A stretch of DNA of 40,421 bases from Clostridia bacterium (GTDB lineage Bacteria > Bacillota > Clostridia > UMGS1883): contig JAFTUL010000018.1 of NCBI GenBank assembly GCA_017466275.1, positions 1-40,421 of the forward strand. The letters run 5' to 3'. Of this stretch, positions 9,377-18,228 are shown piece after piece (position 1 is the stretch's first letter; every line of letters starts with the position of its first letter). The notes under the pieces are model-generated. The model ran no database searches. It worked only from the letters and a program-made list of their open reading frames with translations, and was not told the DNA's origin. A program made the translations under genes and the position numbers.

Positions 9377-10501
9377 TCACTTAAAATACTGATAGAGGTA
9401 ACATTTCAGCATTCCGTTATAGAGCTTTCTCTTTTTATCGGCAGGTCTGCCATAGCATTCCTCAAACCCCTCGTGGGACGTAAGGATATACTTGCCGATA
9501 TTGGTATACTCCGAAAAATGCTTACCGATTTTTCTGTAAAGACTTTCACAGCTTGTGTTATCCATAAGCCTTTCTCCGTAAGGAGGGTTGGAAACAAGTA
9601 CTCCCTTTTCCTCAAAAAGAGGTACCTTTGCCGCATCACATACAGAAAAGCGTATATATTTATCAACACCTGCTTTTTTGTCATTTTCCATTGCAAGCCT
9701 GACTGCATCTTTATCAATGTCAGAAGCAAATATCGTCGGTTCGAGTGCATTATCGATAATGGAACGTGCTTCCTCACGAACATCATCATAAAGCCCTCTT
9801 CCCATTATACGCCACTTTTCGCTGACAAAACTTCTGTTAAGACCGGGGGCAATCTTCTTTGCATAAAGTGCCGCTTCAATAGGGATTGTTCCGCTTCCGC
9901 AAAAGGGGTCAATAAAAGGCCTGTCCCCGCGCCAGCGGGTAATATCTATCATAGAAAATGCCAAGGTTTCACGCATAGGGGCAACTACGCCCTGCGCTCT
10001 GTACCCCCTCTTATAAAGAGGCTCTCCCGTGGTGTCAAGGTATATTGTCGCAACATCACGCATCAGGGAAAACTGAATACGCATCATAGGTCCTGTTTCC
10101 TCAAACTGCTCAATTTTGTACTTTGTCGAGAGTCTTTTTACAGCCGCCTTTTTCACAATACTTGTGCAGGCAGGCACACTGGAAAGCTGACTTTTAAGAG
10201 AGGTTCCCTTTACAGGAAACGCACAGTCCTGCTGTATGAAATTTTCCCATTCTATATTGTACACACCCTGAAACAGTTCTTCAAAGGTGGTTGCCTTGAA
10301 CTGAGCCATTTTTATGAGAACACGCTGTCCCGAGCGTACATTAACATTAGCAAGGGCAATCGCCTCAAAATCACCCTCAAAAGTTACTCTGCCGTCTGTA
10401 ACCTCGGTAGTTTCGTAACCCAAGGAACGTACCTCGTGAGCAAGGGTTGCTTCCGTGCCGAAAAATGTCGGTATAGTCAGAAGAAGTCGGTTAGATGACA
10501 T
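9377..10501 (-). CDS. THUMP-domain class I SAM-dependent RNA methyltransferase (RlmL/YpsC-like)
   Basis: DTTGEPLYKRGYR, APMRETLA, DPFCGSGTIPIEAA, NPPYGERL, KRKLYNG. Confidence 0.93.
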   Translation of the reverse strand: MSSNRLLLTIPTFFGTEATLAHEVRSLGYETTEVTDGRVTFEGDFEAIALANVNVRSGQRVLIKMAQFKATTFEELFQGVYNIEWENFIQQDCAFPVKGTSLKSQLSSVPACTSIVKKAAVKRLSTKYKIEQFEETGPMMRIQFSLMRDVATIYLDTTGEPLYKRGYRAQGVVAPMRETLAFSMIDITRWRGDRPFIDPFCGSGTIPIEAALYAKKIAPGLNRSFVSEKWRIMGRGLYDDVREEARSIIDNALEPTIFASDIDKDAVRLAMENDKKAGVDKYIRFSVCDAAKVPLFEEKGVLVSNPPYGERLMDNTSCESLYRKIGKHFSEYTNIGKYILTSHEGFEECYGRPADKKRKLYNGMLKCYLYQYFK

Positions 10502-10534
10502 GGGATTTCCTCCAAATCATTATATATCTATCTT

Positions 10535-10600
10535 ATTATACATTAAATAAGGAGCTTTTACAAGAAATTTATTGCCCTTTTGAGTGAAATAGGATATAAT
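10535..10600. promoter_or_regulatory. Divergent sigmaA-type promoters
   Basis: Minus: TTGTAA(10563-10558)-17-TATAAT(10540-10535). Plus: TTGCCC(10572-10577)-17-TATAAT(10595-10600). Confidence 0.6.
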
Positions 10601-10621
10601 ATATTATTGAGGTGGTATACA

Positions 10622-12562
10622 TTGCGTATAGAACATAATTCGGGCAAGCTTTTTTACCGAAACCCATTTGGTGCCTGCCCTACTGATACACAAATTACAT
10701 TAAGGCTTTGCGTAGAGTCATTTTCCGTTCCTGAGAGGGTTTGTTGCATTATCGATAACGTTGAAACAGAGATGGAGTATGCATTTGAAACAAATGGGAA
10801 CAGAATCTACGAAGGTATGATAGAAACGCCCTCTGAGGGAGGACTTTTATTCTATTACTTTTTTGTATGTGTTGACGGATGCACGCTCTATTACGGTAAC
10901 AATTCCGCACACACTGGCGGTTTGGGAGAAGAATACAGCTCTGTACCTGAGAGCAAATATCAGATAACAGTCTACAACAAGGACTTTAAAACGCCTGATT
11001 GGATGAAAAATGCAGTTGTATACCAGATTTTCCCCGACAGATTCATGAGAGGAAAAGAAACGCCATTCCACGGAATAGAAAGAAAATGGAATGAAGAGCC
11101 TTTTTACCGTCCCGACCAATTCGGCGGAGATTATCTTTCCAATGACTTTTTCGGAGGCAATTTTGACGGTATTAAAAAGAAGCTTCCCTATCTTAAAGAT
11201 TTGGGCATTACTGCAATATACCTCAATCCCATTTCCAAGGCGTTTTCAAACCACCGCTACGACACGGGAGATTATGAAACCCCTGATGAGCTGTTGGGCA
11301 GCGTAAAGGATTTCGAGGAGCTTTCCAAAGAGGCAGAAAGAGAGGGAATCCGCATTATTCTTGACGGAGTTTTCAGCCATACGGGTGCCGACAGCAGATA
11401 TTTTAACAAATACGGTAATTACAATAGTATCGGTGCATACCAAAGCAAGGAATCCCCCTTTTACAGTTGGTATACTTTTGCCTCTTACCCCGACAAATAT
11501 GAATCATGGTGGGGTTTTGACACACTTCCCAATGTTAATGAATTAGACAAGAATTTTACAGAATATATTGCCGAGGGAAAAAACAGCGTTATAAAAAAAT
11601 GGCTTCGCCGGGGGGCTTCGGGCTTCCGTCTTGATGTGGCAGACGAGCTTCCTGACGAGTTTATCAAAATCCTCAGAAAATCTCTTAAAGAGGAAAATCC
11701 AGACTCGCTTTTGATTGGCGAGGTTTGGGAGGATGCTTCCAATAAAGTAAGCTATGGCGAGCAGAGGAATTTCCTGATGGGTGATGAGCTTGACAGCGTG
11801 ATGAACTATGTTTTCCGTGACGCGGTGCTTTCCTACCTTACTACGGGAGAGGCAAATGTGTTTTCAGGCAGGCTCCACTCACTTTTGGAAAATTATCCGA
11901 AAGAAGCACTTTATACGGCAATGAATCTTCTTTCCACCCACGACGTGCCGAGGGCACTTACGGTGCTTGCCGACACCCCTGATTTCCGCACACTTTCAAG
12001 GCAGGAGCAGCACGATTATGTTATATCCGAGGATAAGCTGGACCTTGCCAAAAGGAGAATGGTCCTTGCAATATGCCTGCAGATGACACTCCCCGGGGCA
12101 CCCACGGTGTATTACGGTGATGAAATGGAAATGACGGGGTTTGCAGACCCCTTTAACCGTGCGCCTATGGATTGGGAACACGGAGAAAGCGAGATAATGA
12201 GACAGCTAAAGCTTTTTACAAAATTGAGAAATGCCACACCCTCTCTCCGCACCGGCTTTTGCACTACTATATTTGCGGAGGGCGGAGTCTTTGCCTTTAT
12301 GCGAAACCTCGAAAACGGCAAGGATGCTTTTGGAAAAAAACAAAGCAAAGATGAAATTATCATTATCGTTAATGCAAGTAGAGACAGTCAATATATAAAC
12401 CTTAATTTATCCCCGTGGGGAATTGCTTCTCTTTCCGATACATTAAGCGGAGAAAAAATTGCTGACGGGTATAATTTATCAATGGAGATACTACCCCTTT
12501 CATACAGAATATTTACTCCCGAAAGGAAGCAGGGCAAATGTACAAAAATACAGAACATATAA
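10622..12562 (+). CDS. Glycoside hydrolase family 13 (neopullulanase/amylopullulanase-like)
   Basis: YQIFPDRF, ILDGVFSH, GFRLDVADE (nucleophile), GEVWED, STHD, YYGDE. TTG start at 10622 after GAGGTGG. Confidence 0.93.
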   Translation: MRIEHNSGKLFYRNPFGACPTDTQITLRLCVESFSVPERVCCIIDNVETEMEYAFETNGNRIYEGMIETPSEGGLLFYYFFVCVDGCTLYYGNNSAHTGGLGEEYSSVPESKYQITVYNKDFKTPDWMKNAVVYQIFPDRFMRGKETPFHGIERKWNEEPFYRPDQFGGDYLSNDFFGGNFDGIKKKLPYLKDLGITAIYLNPISKAFSNHRYDTGDYETPDELLGSVKDFEELSKEAEREGIRIILDGVFSHTGADSRYFNKYGNYNSIGAYQSKESPFYSWYTFASYPDKYESWWGFDTLPNVNELDKNFTEYIAEGKNSVIKKWLRRGASGFRLDVADELPDEFIKILRKSLKEENPDSLLIGEVWEDASNKVSYGEQRNFLMGDELDSVMNYVFRDAVLSYLTTGEANVFSGRLHSLLENYPKEALYTAMNLLSTHDVPRALTVLADTPDFRTLSRQEQHDYVISEDKLDLAKRRMVLAICLQMTLPGAPTVYYGDEMEMTGFADPFNRAPMDWEHGESEIMRQLKLFTKLRNATPSLRTGFCTTIFAEGGVFAFMRNLENGKDAFGKKQSKDEIIIIVNASRDSQYINLNLSPWGIASLSDTLSGEKIADGYNLSMEILPLSYRIFTPERKQGKCTKIQNI

Positions 12563-13887
12563 CAGAGATTATTGCATTCGGCTCCGATGGTGAGGGAATT
12601 GCCAAACCTGACGGGTTTACGGTTTTCGTTCCCGGTGCAGTCAAGGGCGATATTGCAAGAATCCTTATAATAAAAGAAAAAAAGAATTACGGTTACGGCA
12701 AGCTTTTGGAAATAATTAAGCCGTCACCGCTCCGCACTGAGCCACGTTGCGAGGTTTTTCAGAAATGTGGTGGGTGCAGTATGCAGAGTGTTGAGTACGT
12801 GCATCAGCTTGAGTACAAAAAGAACAAGGTGCTTGACTCTCTTGTACGAATCGGCGGATTTTCCGAGGCAAAGATAGATTCCGTCACGGGAAGCAATCCT
12901 TGTTATAATTACAGAAATAAGGCACAGTTCCCCGTAACGGTTATTGGCGGAGAAGTGCGCGCAGGCTTTTACGCTCCCCACAGCCACAGAGTCGTTGTCC
13001 CTGAGGCGTGCAGTCTGCAGGATGAAAGAACAAACGAAGTTGTCCGCGACGTATGCAAGTGGGCAACCGCTAATAGCATTGATGTTTATGACGAGGAAAC
13101 AGCTACCGGAAATCTCCGCAGAATATGTATGAGAATAGGAAAAAGCGAGGCGGTGCTTGTCCTTGTTGCTAAAAAAAGCCTACCCTTTACCGAAAGCCTT
13201 GTTGATACAATTACGGAAAAGTTTCCTTTCGTGAAAGGAATTGTTATAAACATAAACCCCGACAGAACAAATAATGTGTATGGTGACAGAGATAAGGTCA
13301 TATATGGGGTTCCGTACATTATCGATAATGTTGGCGAAATAAAATACAAGGTCCATTATAAAAGTTTTTATCAAGTGAACCCCTATACAACCAAGCTTCT
13401 TTATGAAAAAGCATTGGAGCTGGCTGGCCTTGATAAAGGAAAGACCGTGTTTGACCTTTACTGCGGAACGGGAAGCATCAGTCTGTTCCTTGCCCAAAAA
13501 GCACAGAAAGTTGTCGGCATTGAAATAGTTGAAGATGCCGTAAAAAATGCTAAAGAAAACGCAGAATTAAACAACATTACCAATACGGATTTTTATTGCG
13601 GACCCGCAGAAGATGTTGCACCGAAGCTTATAAGAAGCGGTGAAAAAGCAGATGTAGTTGTCCTCGACCCACCGAGAAAAGGGTGTGAGGAAAAGCTCCT
13701 CCTCTCTATTTCCGAGATGAAGCCTGAGAGAATCGTTTACGTATCCTGCGACCCTGCCACAATGGCAAGAGATGCAAAATACCTTTGCCAGAACGGATAT
13801 ATATTAAAGGAAGCTCACGTGTTTGACCAATTTCCGCAGACCTCGCATGTGGAGTGCTGTGTGCTGCTATATCGGGAGGAAAACTAA
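12538..13887 (+). CDS. rlmD: 23S rRNA (uracil-5)-methyltransferase RlmD/RumA
   Basis: TRAM domain, CxxxxxCGGC Fe-S motif, YRNKAQF, SFYQVN, DLYCGTG, DPPRKG, YVSCDP, DQFPQTSHVE. Confidence 0.95.
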   Translation: MYKNTEHITEIIAFGSDGEGIAKPDGFTVFVPGAVKGDIARILIIKEKKNYGYGKLLEIIKPSPLRTEPRCEVFQKCGGCSMQSVEYVHQLEYKKNKVLDSLVRIGGFSEAKIDSVTGSNPCYNYRNKAQFPVTVIGGEVRAGFYAPHSHRVVVPEACSLQDERTNEVVRDVCKWATANSIDVYDEETATGNLRRICMRIGKSEAVLVLVAKKSLPFTESLVDTITEKFPFVKGIVININPDRTNNVYGDRDKVIYGVPYIIDNVGEIKYKVHYKSFYQVNPYTTKLLYEKALELAGLDKGKTVFDLYCGTGSISLFLAQKAQKVVGIEIVEDAVKNAKENAELNNITNTDFYCGPAEDVAPKLIRSGEKADVVVLDPPRKGCEEKLLLSISEMKPERIVYVSCDPATMARDAKYLCQNGYILKEAHVFDQFPQTSHVECCVLLYREEN

Positions 13888-13888
13888 A

Positions 13889-14581
13889 ATGAGCTATACA
13901 AGAGAAAATATTATTAACAAATGTGAGAAAGCATTTGAAGATATTAAGACCTTTTATAAGCAATCATTTATTAATTATGGTGGAAAAACAACAGATACAA
14001 ACGAATATTATACAGAAGTTATTGCAGAATTTTTAACTGATAATTTGGATGAATATATCCATGGTATTCCTAAAATCATAAGAGAAAGTTCATACAAAAC
14101 TCCTACACATACAGGAGAGTTTGATGAAACAACTCCTCGTGAGGAAGAAAAAATTGCAATGGAAATGTTTAATCAATCAAAAGATGGTACTCCTTATAAT
14201 TTGATAGGAAATATTATTGATTACCAAACACCACTAAAGAATAAACGAACTGATATTGCAGGCAAGATAGATTTACTCTCTTATGACGGTAATTGTTTAA
14301 GGGTTTTGGAACTTAAAAAGCCTTTTAGTGATGAAACTATGTTGAGATGTATTCTTGAAGGATATACATATCTAAAAATAGTAGATACTGCTAAATTGCT
14401 TGATAATTTTGAATTACCTGCTAATACAAAAGTAGTTGCTTGTCCATTCGTTTTCAAATATGGTAAGCAGTATCAGGAAATGTTAGAGAAAAGACCCTAT
14501 TTATTCAAGTTAATGACTATGCTTGAAAGCAAACCTTATTACATTGTAAAACAGGATAATGTGTATATCGTGGAGGAATAA
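13889..14581 (+). CDS. Putative PD-(D/E)xK-family nuclease, 230 aa
   Basis: GGGAGG RBS inside the rlmD tail. Motif GKIDLL...LRVLELKK has the D...ExK spacing of the restriction-endonuclease fold. Confidence 0.7.
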   Translation: MSYTRENIINKCEKAFEDIKTFYKQSFINYGGKTTDTNEYYTEVIAEFLTDNLDEYIHGIPKIIRESSYKTPTHTGEFDETTPREEEKIAMEMFNQSKDGTPYNLIGNIIDYQTPLKNKRTDIAGKIDLLSYDGNCLRVLELKKPFSDETMLRCILEGYTYLKIVDTAKLLDNFELPANTKVVACPFVFKYGKQYQEMLEKRPYLFKLMTMLESKPYYIVKQDNVYIVEE

Positions 14582-14585
14582 TCTT

Positions 14586-15323
14586 ATGAAAAAGTTTTTA
14601 GAGTTTTTAAAAGATGAAGATGCTATTGAAAAAATAATAGGCGGTATCTTTGGAGTTGTTGCTATTACAGCAATTATTGTTGAAATGAGTTTAGGTGGTT
14701 TTACCTCTGATGCGATTGCAGGTGGTATCAAAGATATTGCAAGTACTTTGATTACTGTTGTAATGCTTATAGTTGCTATTAAAGCATTAAGACCTAAAGA
14801 GGAAGAGCCGTTCTCTTTTGAAACTGAATTAAAAAGCAAATTAAGTGCTTTTGTTTCTGAAAATGGTAGAATGTTAAAGGCAAAAGATACTGAAGAAGGA
14901 AATCAAAAATTCTATGAATTATATATGGAAACTGATTTTAATGCATACTTCGGAGAGAAAACAACCCTTCGTGCTGGTTGGTTTATGAGAATGCCGCCTG
15001 TAAATGAAAAAGTATATGCAAAAGAAGGATTAAAGATGATATTCCACCTAAATCAAGGTACTTTCTTTGGTCATAATAAACCAGAAAATGAAACAGATGC
15101 TTATGCTGTAATTGGTTAAAAAATTAAATCTTTAATATTAAGAGAAACAGATGAAAACACTTTGGTTTGTCAGTATAATAAAACTAAAAGAGAAATTGAA
15201 ATTGAGTTTAAGAAACCACTTACAACACAAGATGACGTTGATATGTTTGTAGGGGTAATTAAAAAAATCTTTAATAGTTATTTAGTACTTGGTGAAGCAG
15301 GTATTAAAACAGTAGCAGGTTAA
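14586..15323 (+). pseudogene. 2-TM membrane-anchored hypothetical protein interrupted by an in-frame TAA at 15117-15119
   Basis: GGAGG RBS and two N-terminal hydrophobic helices. The frame continues 67 sense codons after the TAA (KIKSLILRE...GIKTVAG) to TAA 15321-15323, 5 nt before the next ATG. Confidence 0.75.
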
Positions 15324-15328
15324 TAATT

Positions 15329-16477
15329 ATGAACATTAAAATACATAGAGGCCAAAACCAAATAGGCGGATCAATAATTGAAGCATCAAGCAAACAAGCA
15401 CGAGTGTTCTTCGACATTGGGATTGAATTAGATGAGGATAAAGAAATTGAAATACCACAAATTGAGGGTTTGTTTTACGGAAGCCAAAATTGTGATGCTG
15501 TTTTTATTTCTCATTATCATTCAGATCACATAGGACTGGCAGATTATTTGCTTCCTGACATACCTGTTTATATTGGCGAGAAAGCCTATAAGGTAATGAA
15601 AGCAGCATCAGATTATAGAGATATTGAAGTCAAGTTTGACCCTATTCTTATAGAAAACGAGAAAATAATAGAGATTAAAGACATCAAGATAACTCCTATT
15701 TTATGCGACCATTCTGCTTTTGACTCGTATATGTTTTTAATAGAAGCAAATGGAGAAACAACTTTATACACGGGTGATTTTAGAGCAAATGGAAGAATGG
15801 ACTTTGACAAATTATTAGAGAAAGTTCCTTGTGTAGATAATTTAATCATTGAGGGAACAACACTTTCTCGTGAGGATTCTATTGAAAATATAGAAGAAGA
15901 AAAATTAGAAGAAATAGCAGTTGAATTTTTAAATAAGTATAAAGGCCCTGTGTTTATTATGATGTCTGCAATGAATATAGATAGAGTTATAACAGTAAAG
16001 AATATTGCAGAAAGAACAGACAGGATATTTTTAGAGGATATTTATACTGCTGATATTACGTCAGCAATAGGAATGACAACAGCAAATACCAGAGTATTTA
16101 TGACAGGCGGAGACAAGCAGTATAAATAGTTACAAAAGTATTCTGATAGTAAGATAGGTAAAAATGAAATTGCAAGAACGCCTTTTGTTATGTGTGTTAG
16201 AAGTTCAATGAAGAACTATTTATCAAAATTGAATGAATTGGTATCGTTTGAAAATGGAGTGTTATTTTATGGTATGTGGAAAGGTTATTTAGAAAAACCA
16301 CAGACAAAAGAGTTTATTGAGTTTATGGAAAGCAAAGGCGTAAAGACTCATATATTGCATACAAGTGGTCATGCCGATAGTATGACAATAGATAAACTTA
16401 TAGAAGACGTAAAACCAAAAAGGATTATCCCTGTTCATACGGAAAATGCTGAATGGTTTGACAGATACAAGGTTTAA
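15329..16477 (+). pseudogene. MBL-fold beta-CASP (RNase J-like) nuclease interrupted by an in-frame TAG at 16127-16129
   Basis: IHRG..QIGGS, SHYHSDH, DHSAFD, YTGDFR and IEGT lie before the stop. HTSGHA and IIPVHTE lie after it in the same frame (16190-15329=861), and the linker codons are all sense. Confidence 0.85.
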
Positions 16478-16508
16478 CAATATCCATATGTGATACTGTT
16501 ACAGACAC

Positions 16509-16565
16509 CACACAAGGCACGTAGAATCTGTCACACTTTTGATACGGAATAATTATACGACATAA
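16509..16565 (+). other. Displaced rlmD 3' end (attR-like site)
   Basis: cac aca agg cac gta gaa tct gtc aca ctt ttg ata cgg aat aat tat acg aca taa = HTRHVESVTLLIRNNYTT*, matching the RlmD terminal motif (FP)xTxHVExVxLL. Confidence 0.8.
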
Positions 16566-16654
16566 TCTTTTTGTCAAATTGCTATTTTAAACAATTGTTT
16601 CTGCCAAGTTTACACTTACTAATAAACTTACAATAATGTCAAGAGGTGATTCTT

Positions 16655-16846
16655 TTGAAAGGATTAAAACAAATCAGAAAAGAACGTCGTTTGACACAGT
16701 TAAAGGTTGCTATGGATTTGAATATTTCACGTGAAGCCCTTTCTCATTATGAAAACGGCAAGCGTGAGCCGAGTATTGATATGCTTGTCCAAATGTCAGA
16801 ATACTTCAATGTTTCCATTGATTTTCTCATAAAAGGAGACAGATAA
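16655..16846 (+). CDS. Small XRE/Cro-family helix-turn-helix regulator
   Basis: LKQIRKERRLTQLKVAMDLNISREALSHYENGKREP. TTG start after GAGGTG. Confidence 0.88.
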   Translation: MKGLKQIRKERRLTQLKVAMDLNISREALSHYENGKREPSIDMLVQMSEYFNVSIDFLIKGDR

Positions 16847-16852
16847 TTTATC

Positions 16853-16881
16853 TTGACAAAAGCTTCCCCTTATGTTAAAAT
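16853..16881 (+). promoter_or_regulatory. sigmaA promoter of riboswitch-antiporter unit 1
   Basis: TTGACA(16853-16858)-17-TAAAAT(16876-16881) with extended TG. Confidence 0.85.
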
Positions 16882-16888
16882 TTATCAA

Positions 16889-17012
16889 GATAAAAGGGAG
16901 TAGCTAACGGATTTATTCCGTTACAACGGCGTCAGTACGGCATTTTTGCCCGCTTTTGTATGAAACAGCAAGACTTTTATCGCATTCTTTTTGTGCGATA
17001 AAAGTCTTTTTT
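16889..17012 (+). ncRNA. yybP-ykoY (Mn2+) riboswitch with terminator expression platform, copy 1
   Basis: AAAAGGGAGTAGC...CGTCAGTAC...AGCAAGACTTTT consensus blocks. P1 GATAAAAG/CTTTTATC competes with terminator AAGACTTTTATCGCA/TGCGATAAAAGTCTT plus T run (ON switch). Confidence 0.9.
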
Positions 17013-17042
17013 ATTGCATAAAATAAATTCAGAGGTGCGATT

Positions 17043-17996
17043 ATGGAATATATTTTGAATTTAGTATTACTTATCAGTGGCTTTTTCTTTCTTGTAAAAG
17101 GCGCTGACCTTTTCGTTGACGGAAGCAGCTCCGTTGCGAAGATATTTAAAATTCCGTCGGTTATAATAGGTCTTACGATAGTTTCTATCGGAACATCTCT
17201 TCCCGAGGCGGCTGTAAGTATTACGTCATCGCTTCAGGGAAGCTATGACCTTTCTATCGCAAATGTCATAGGCTCCAACATATTTAATTTATTGATGGTT
17301 GTTGGATTTTCCGCACTTATCTGCCCCTTTGTTGTAGATAAGATGATTATGAAGAGAGATTTTCCTCTCTGTATAGGCATAACGGTACTTCTGGCAATTA
17401 TGCTTCGTGACAATATTCTCTCCCGCATCGAGGCAGGTGTTTTGTTTGCAATTTTTATTGCCTACATAATTATTCTGGTAATGTCCGCCCTCAAAAACCC
17501 TCTTTCTGCGGACGAGGACGACAAACCTATGCCTGTTCCCAAGAGCCTTCTTTTAATTCTTCTCGGCGGTGCAGGAATAATCCTCGGTGGAACATTCACC
17601 GTTGACAGTGCCAAGTTTTTTGCAAGTGCTTTTGGAATGAGCGAAATGCTTATCGGCCTTACGGTAGTTGCCGTGGGAACATCTCTTCCCGAGCTTGTAA
17701 CAAGCATTGTTGCAGCAAAAAAGGGTGAAAGCGAAATCGCCCTTGGCAACGTTGTGGGCTCCTGCATATTTAATATTATGTTTATTTTAGGTATGAGCGG
17801 TCTTGTGCATCCTCTCAACTGCGGAATAGAGGCTCTTATCGATGCAGTAATCCTCATTGTGATAAATATCCTTATGTATATTGTTTGTATTACAGGCAAA
17901 AAGATTAACCGTCCCGAGGGGCTTGTCTGCGTAGTAATATATGTGATATATGTTGCATATACTGTATTGAGAGCGTTTGAGATGCTGCCTTTTTAA
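17043..17996 (+). CDS. Calcium/sodium antiporter (CaCA, YrbG-like), paralog 1
   Basis: Two alpha repeats, GTSLPE...GSNIFN and GTSLPE...GSCIFN; ~10 TM. Confidence 0.93.
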   Translation: MEYILNLVLLISGFFFLVKGADLFVDGSSSVAKIFKIPSVIIGLTIVSIGTSLPEAAVSITSSLQGSYDLSIANVIGSNIFNLLMVVGFSALICPFVVDKMIMKRDFPLCIGITVLLAIMLRDNILSRIEAGVLFAIFIAYIIILVMSALKNPLSADEDDKPMPVPKSLLLILLGGAGIILGGTFTVDSAKFFASAFGMSEMLIGLTVVAVGTSLPELVTSIVAAKKGESEIALGNVVGSCIFNIMFILGMSGLVHPLNCGIEALIDAVILIVINILMYIVCITGKKINRPEGLVCVVIYVIYVAYTVLRAFEMLPF

Positions 17997-17999
17997 TTG

Positions 18000-18028
18000 T
18001 TGACAAATGGTATTTTTTGTGTTAAAAT
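18000..18028 (+). promoter_or_regulatory. sigmaA promoter of riboswitch-antiporter unit 2
   Basis: TTGACA(18000-18005)-17-TAAAAT(18023-18028) with extended TG. Confidence 0.85.
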
Positions 18029-18034
18029 TCTCTC

Positions 18035-18166
18035 CGTAAAAGGGAGTAGCTACCGAGTTTATTTAATTCGGTACAACGGCGTCAGTACGGCAAATCTATT
18101 GCCCGCCTTTGTATTAAACAGCAAGACTTTTACTGCATTATATTTGTGCGGTAAAAGTCTTTTTTT
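18035..18166 (+). ncRNA. yybP-ykoY (Mn2+) riboswitch with terminator expression platform, copy 2
   Basis: Same consensus blocks as copy 1. P1 GTAAAAG/CTTTTAC; terminator AAGACTTTTACTGCA/TGCGGTAAAAGTCTT plus T run. Confidence 0.9.
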
Positions 18167-18228
18167 GTGCAAAGGGGATGCACTAAAGACTCACCACACA
18201 ATAAAAATTTTTTATGAGGTGATTTTTT

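Larger units (their letters stand above)
13837..16565 (+). mobile_element. Small integrase-less genomic island (element remnant) inserted in the 3' end of rlmD
   Basis: Visibly AT-richer than the flanks (not computed). Bounded by two versions of the RlmD C-terminus: QTSHVECCVLL (13837-13869) and HTRHVESVTLL (16509-16541). Confidence 0.8.

Noticed and set aside
9473-10498. 341-aa plus-strand ORF and other long antisense ORFs (e.g. 20408-21055, 26577-27215, 27331-28014, 37285-37941)
   Set aside because: These are shadows of well-supported genes on the opposite strand and have no recognisable motifs.
15117-16129. Stop-codon reassignment or pyrrolysine read-through in the island
   Set aside because: The two internal stops are different codons (TAA and TAG). 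TAA ends island genes normally and TAG ends host genes (CDF, SOD), and there are no pyl genes or suppressor tRNA in the window.
15329-16477. MBL gene as a beta-lactam resistance gene or the housekeeping RNase J
   Set aside because: It has beta-CASP nuclease motifs and no signal peptide, is much shorter than canonical RNase J, and lies in an AT-rich island.
16655-16846. XRE regulator as part of the island or a prophage
   Set aside because: It lies outside the attR-like tail (ends 16565), and there are no integrase, phage or conjugation genes nearby. Its target is unknown.
17750-17775. GSCIFN versus GSNIFN in antiporter 1 as an ion-specificity switch
   Set aside because: By analogy with NCX_Mj, where the alpha-1 repeat also reads GSC, this position is not one of the main ion ligands. 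The S, E and terminal N positions are the same in both paralogs.
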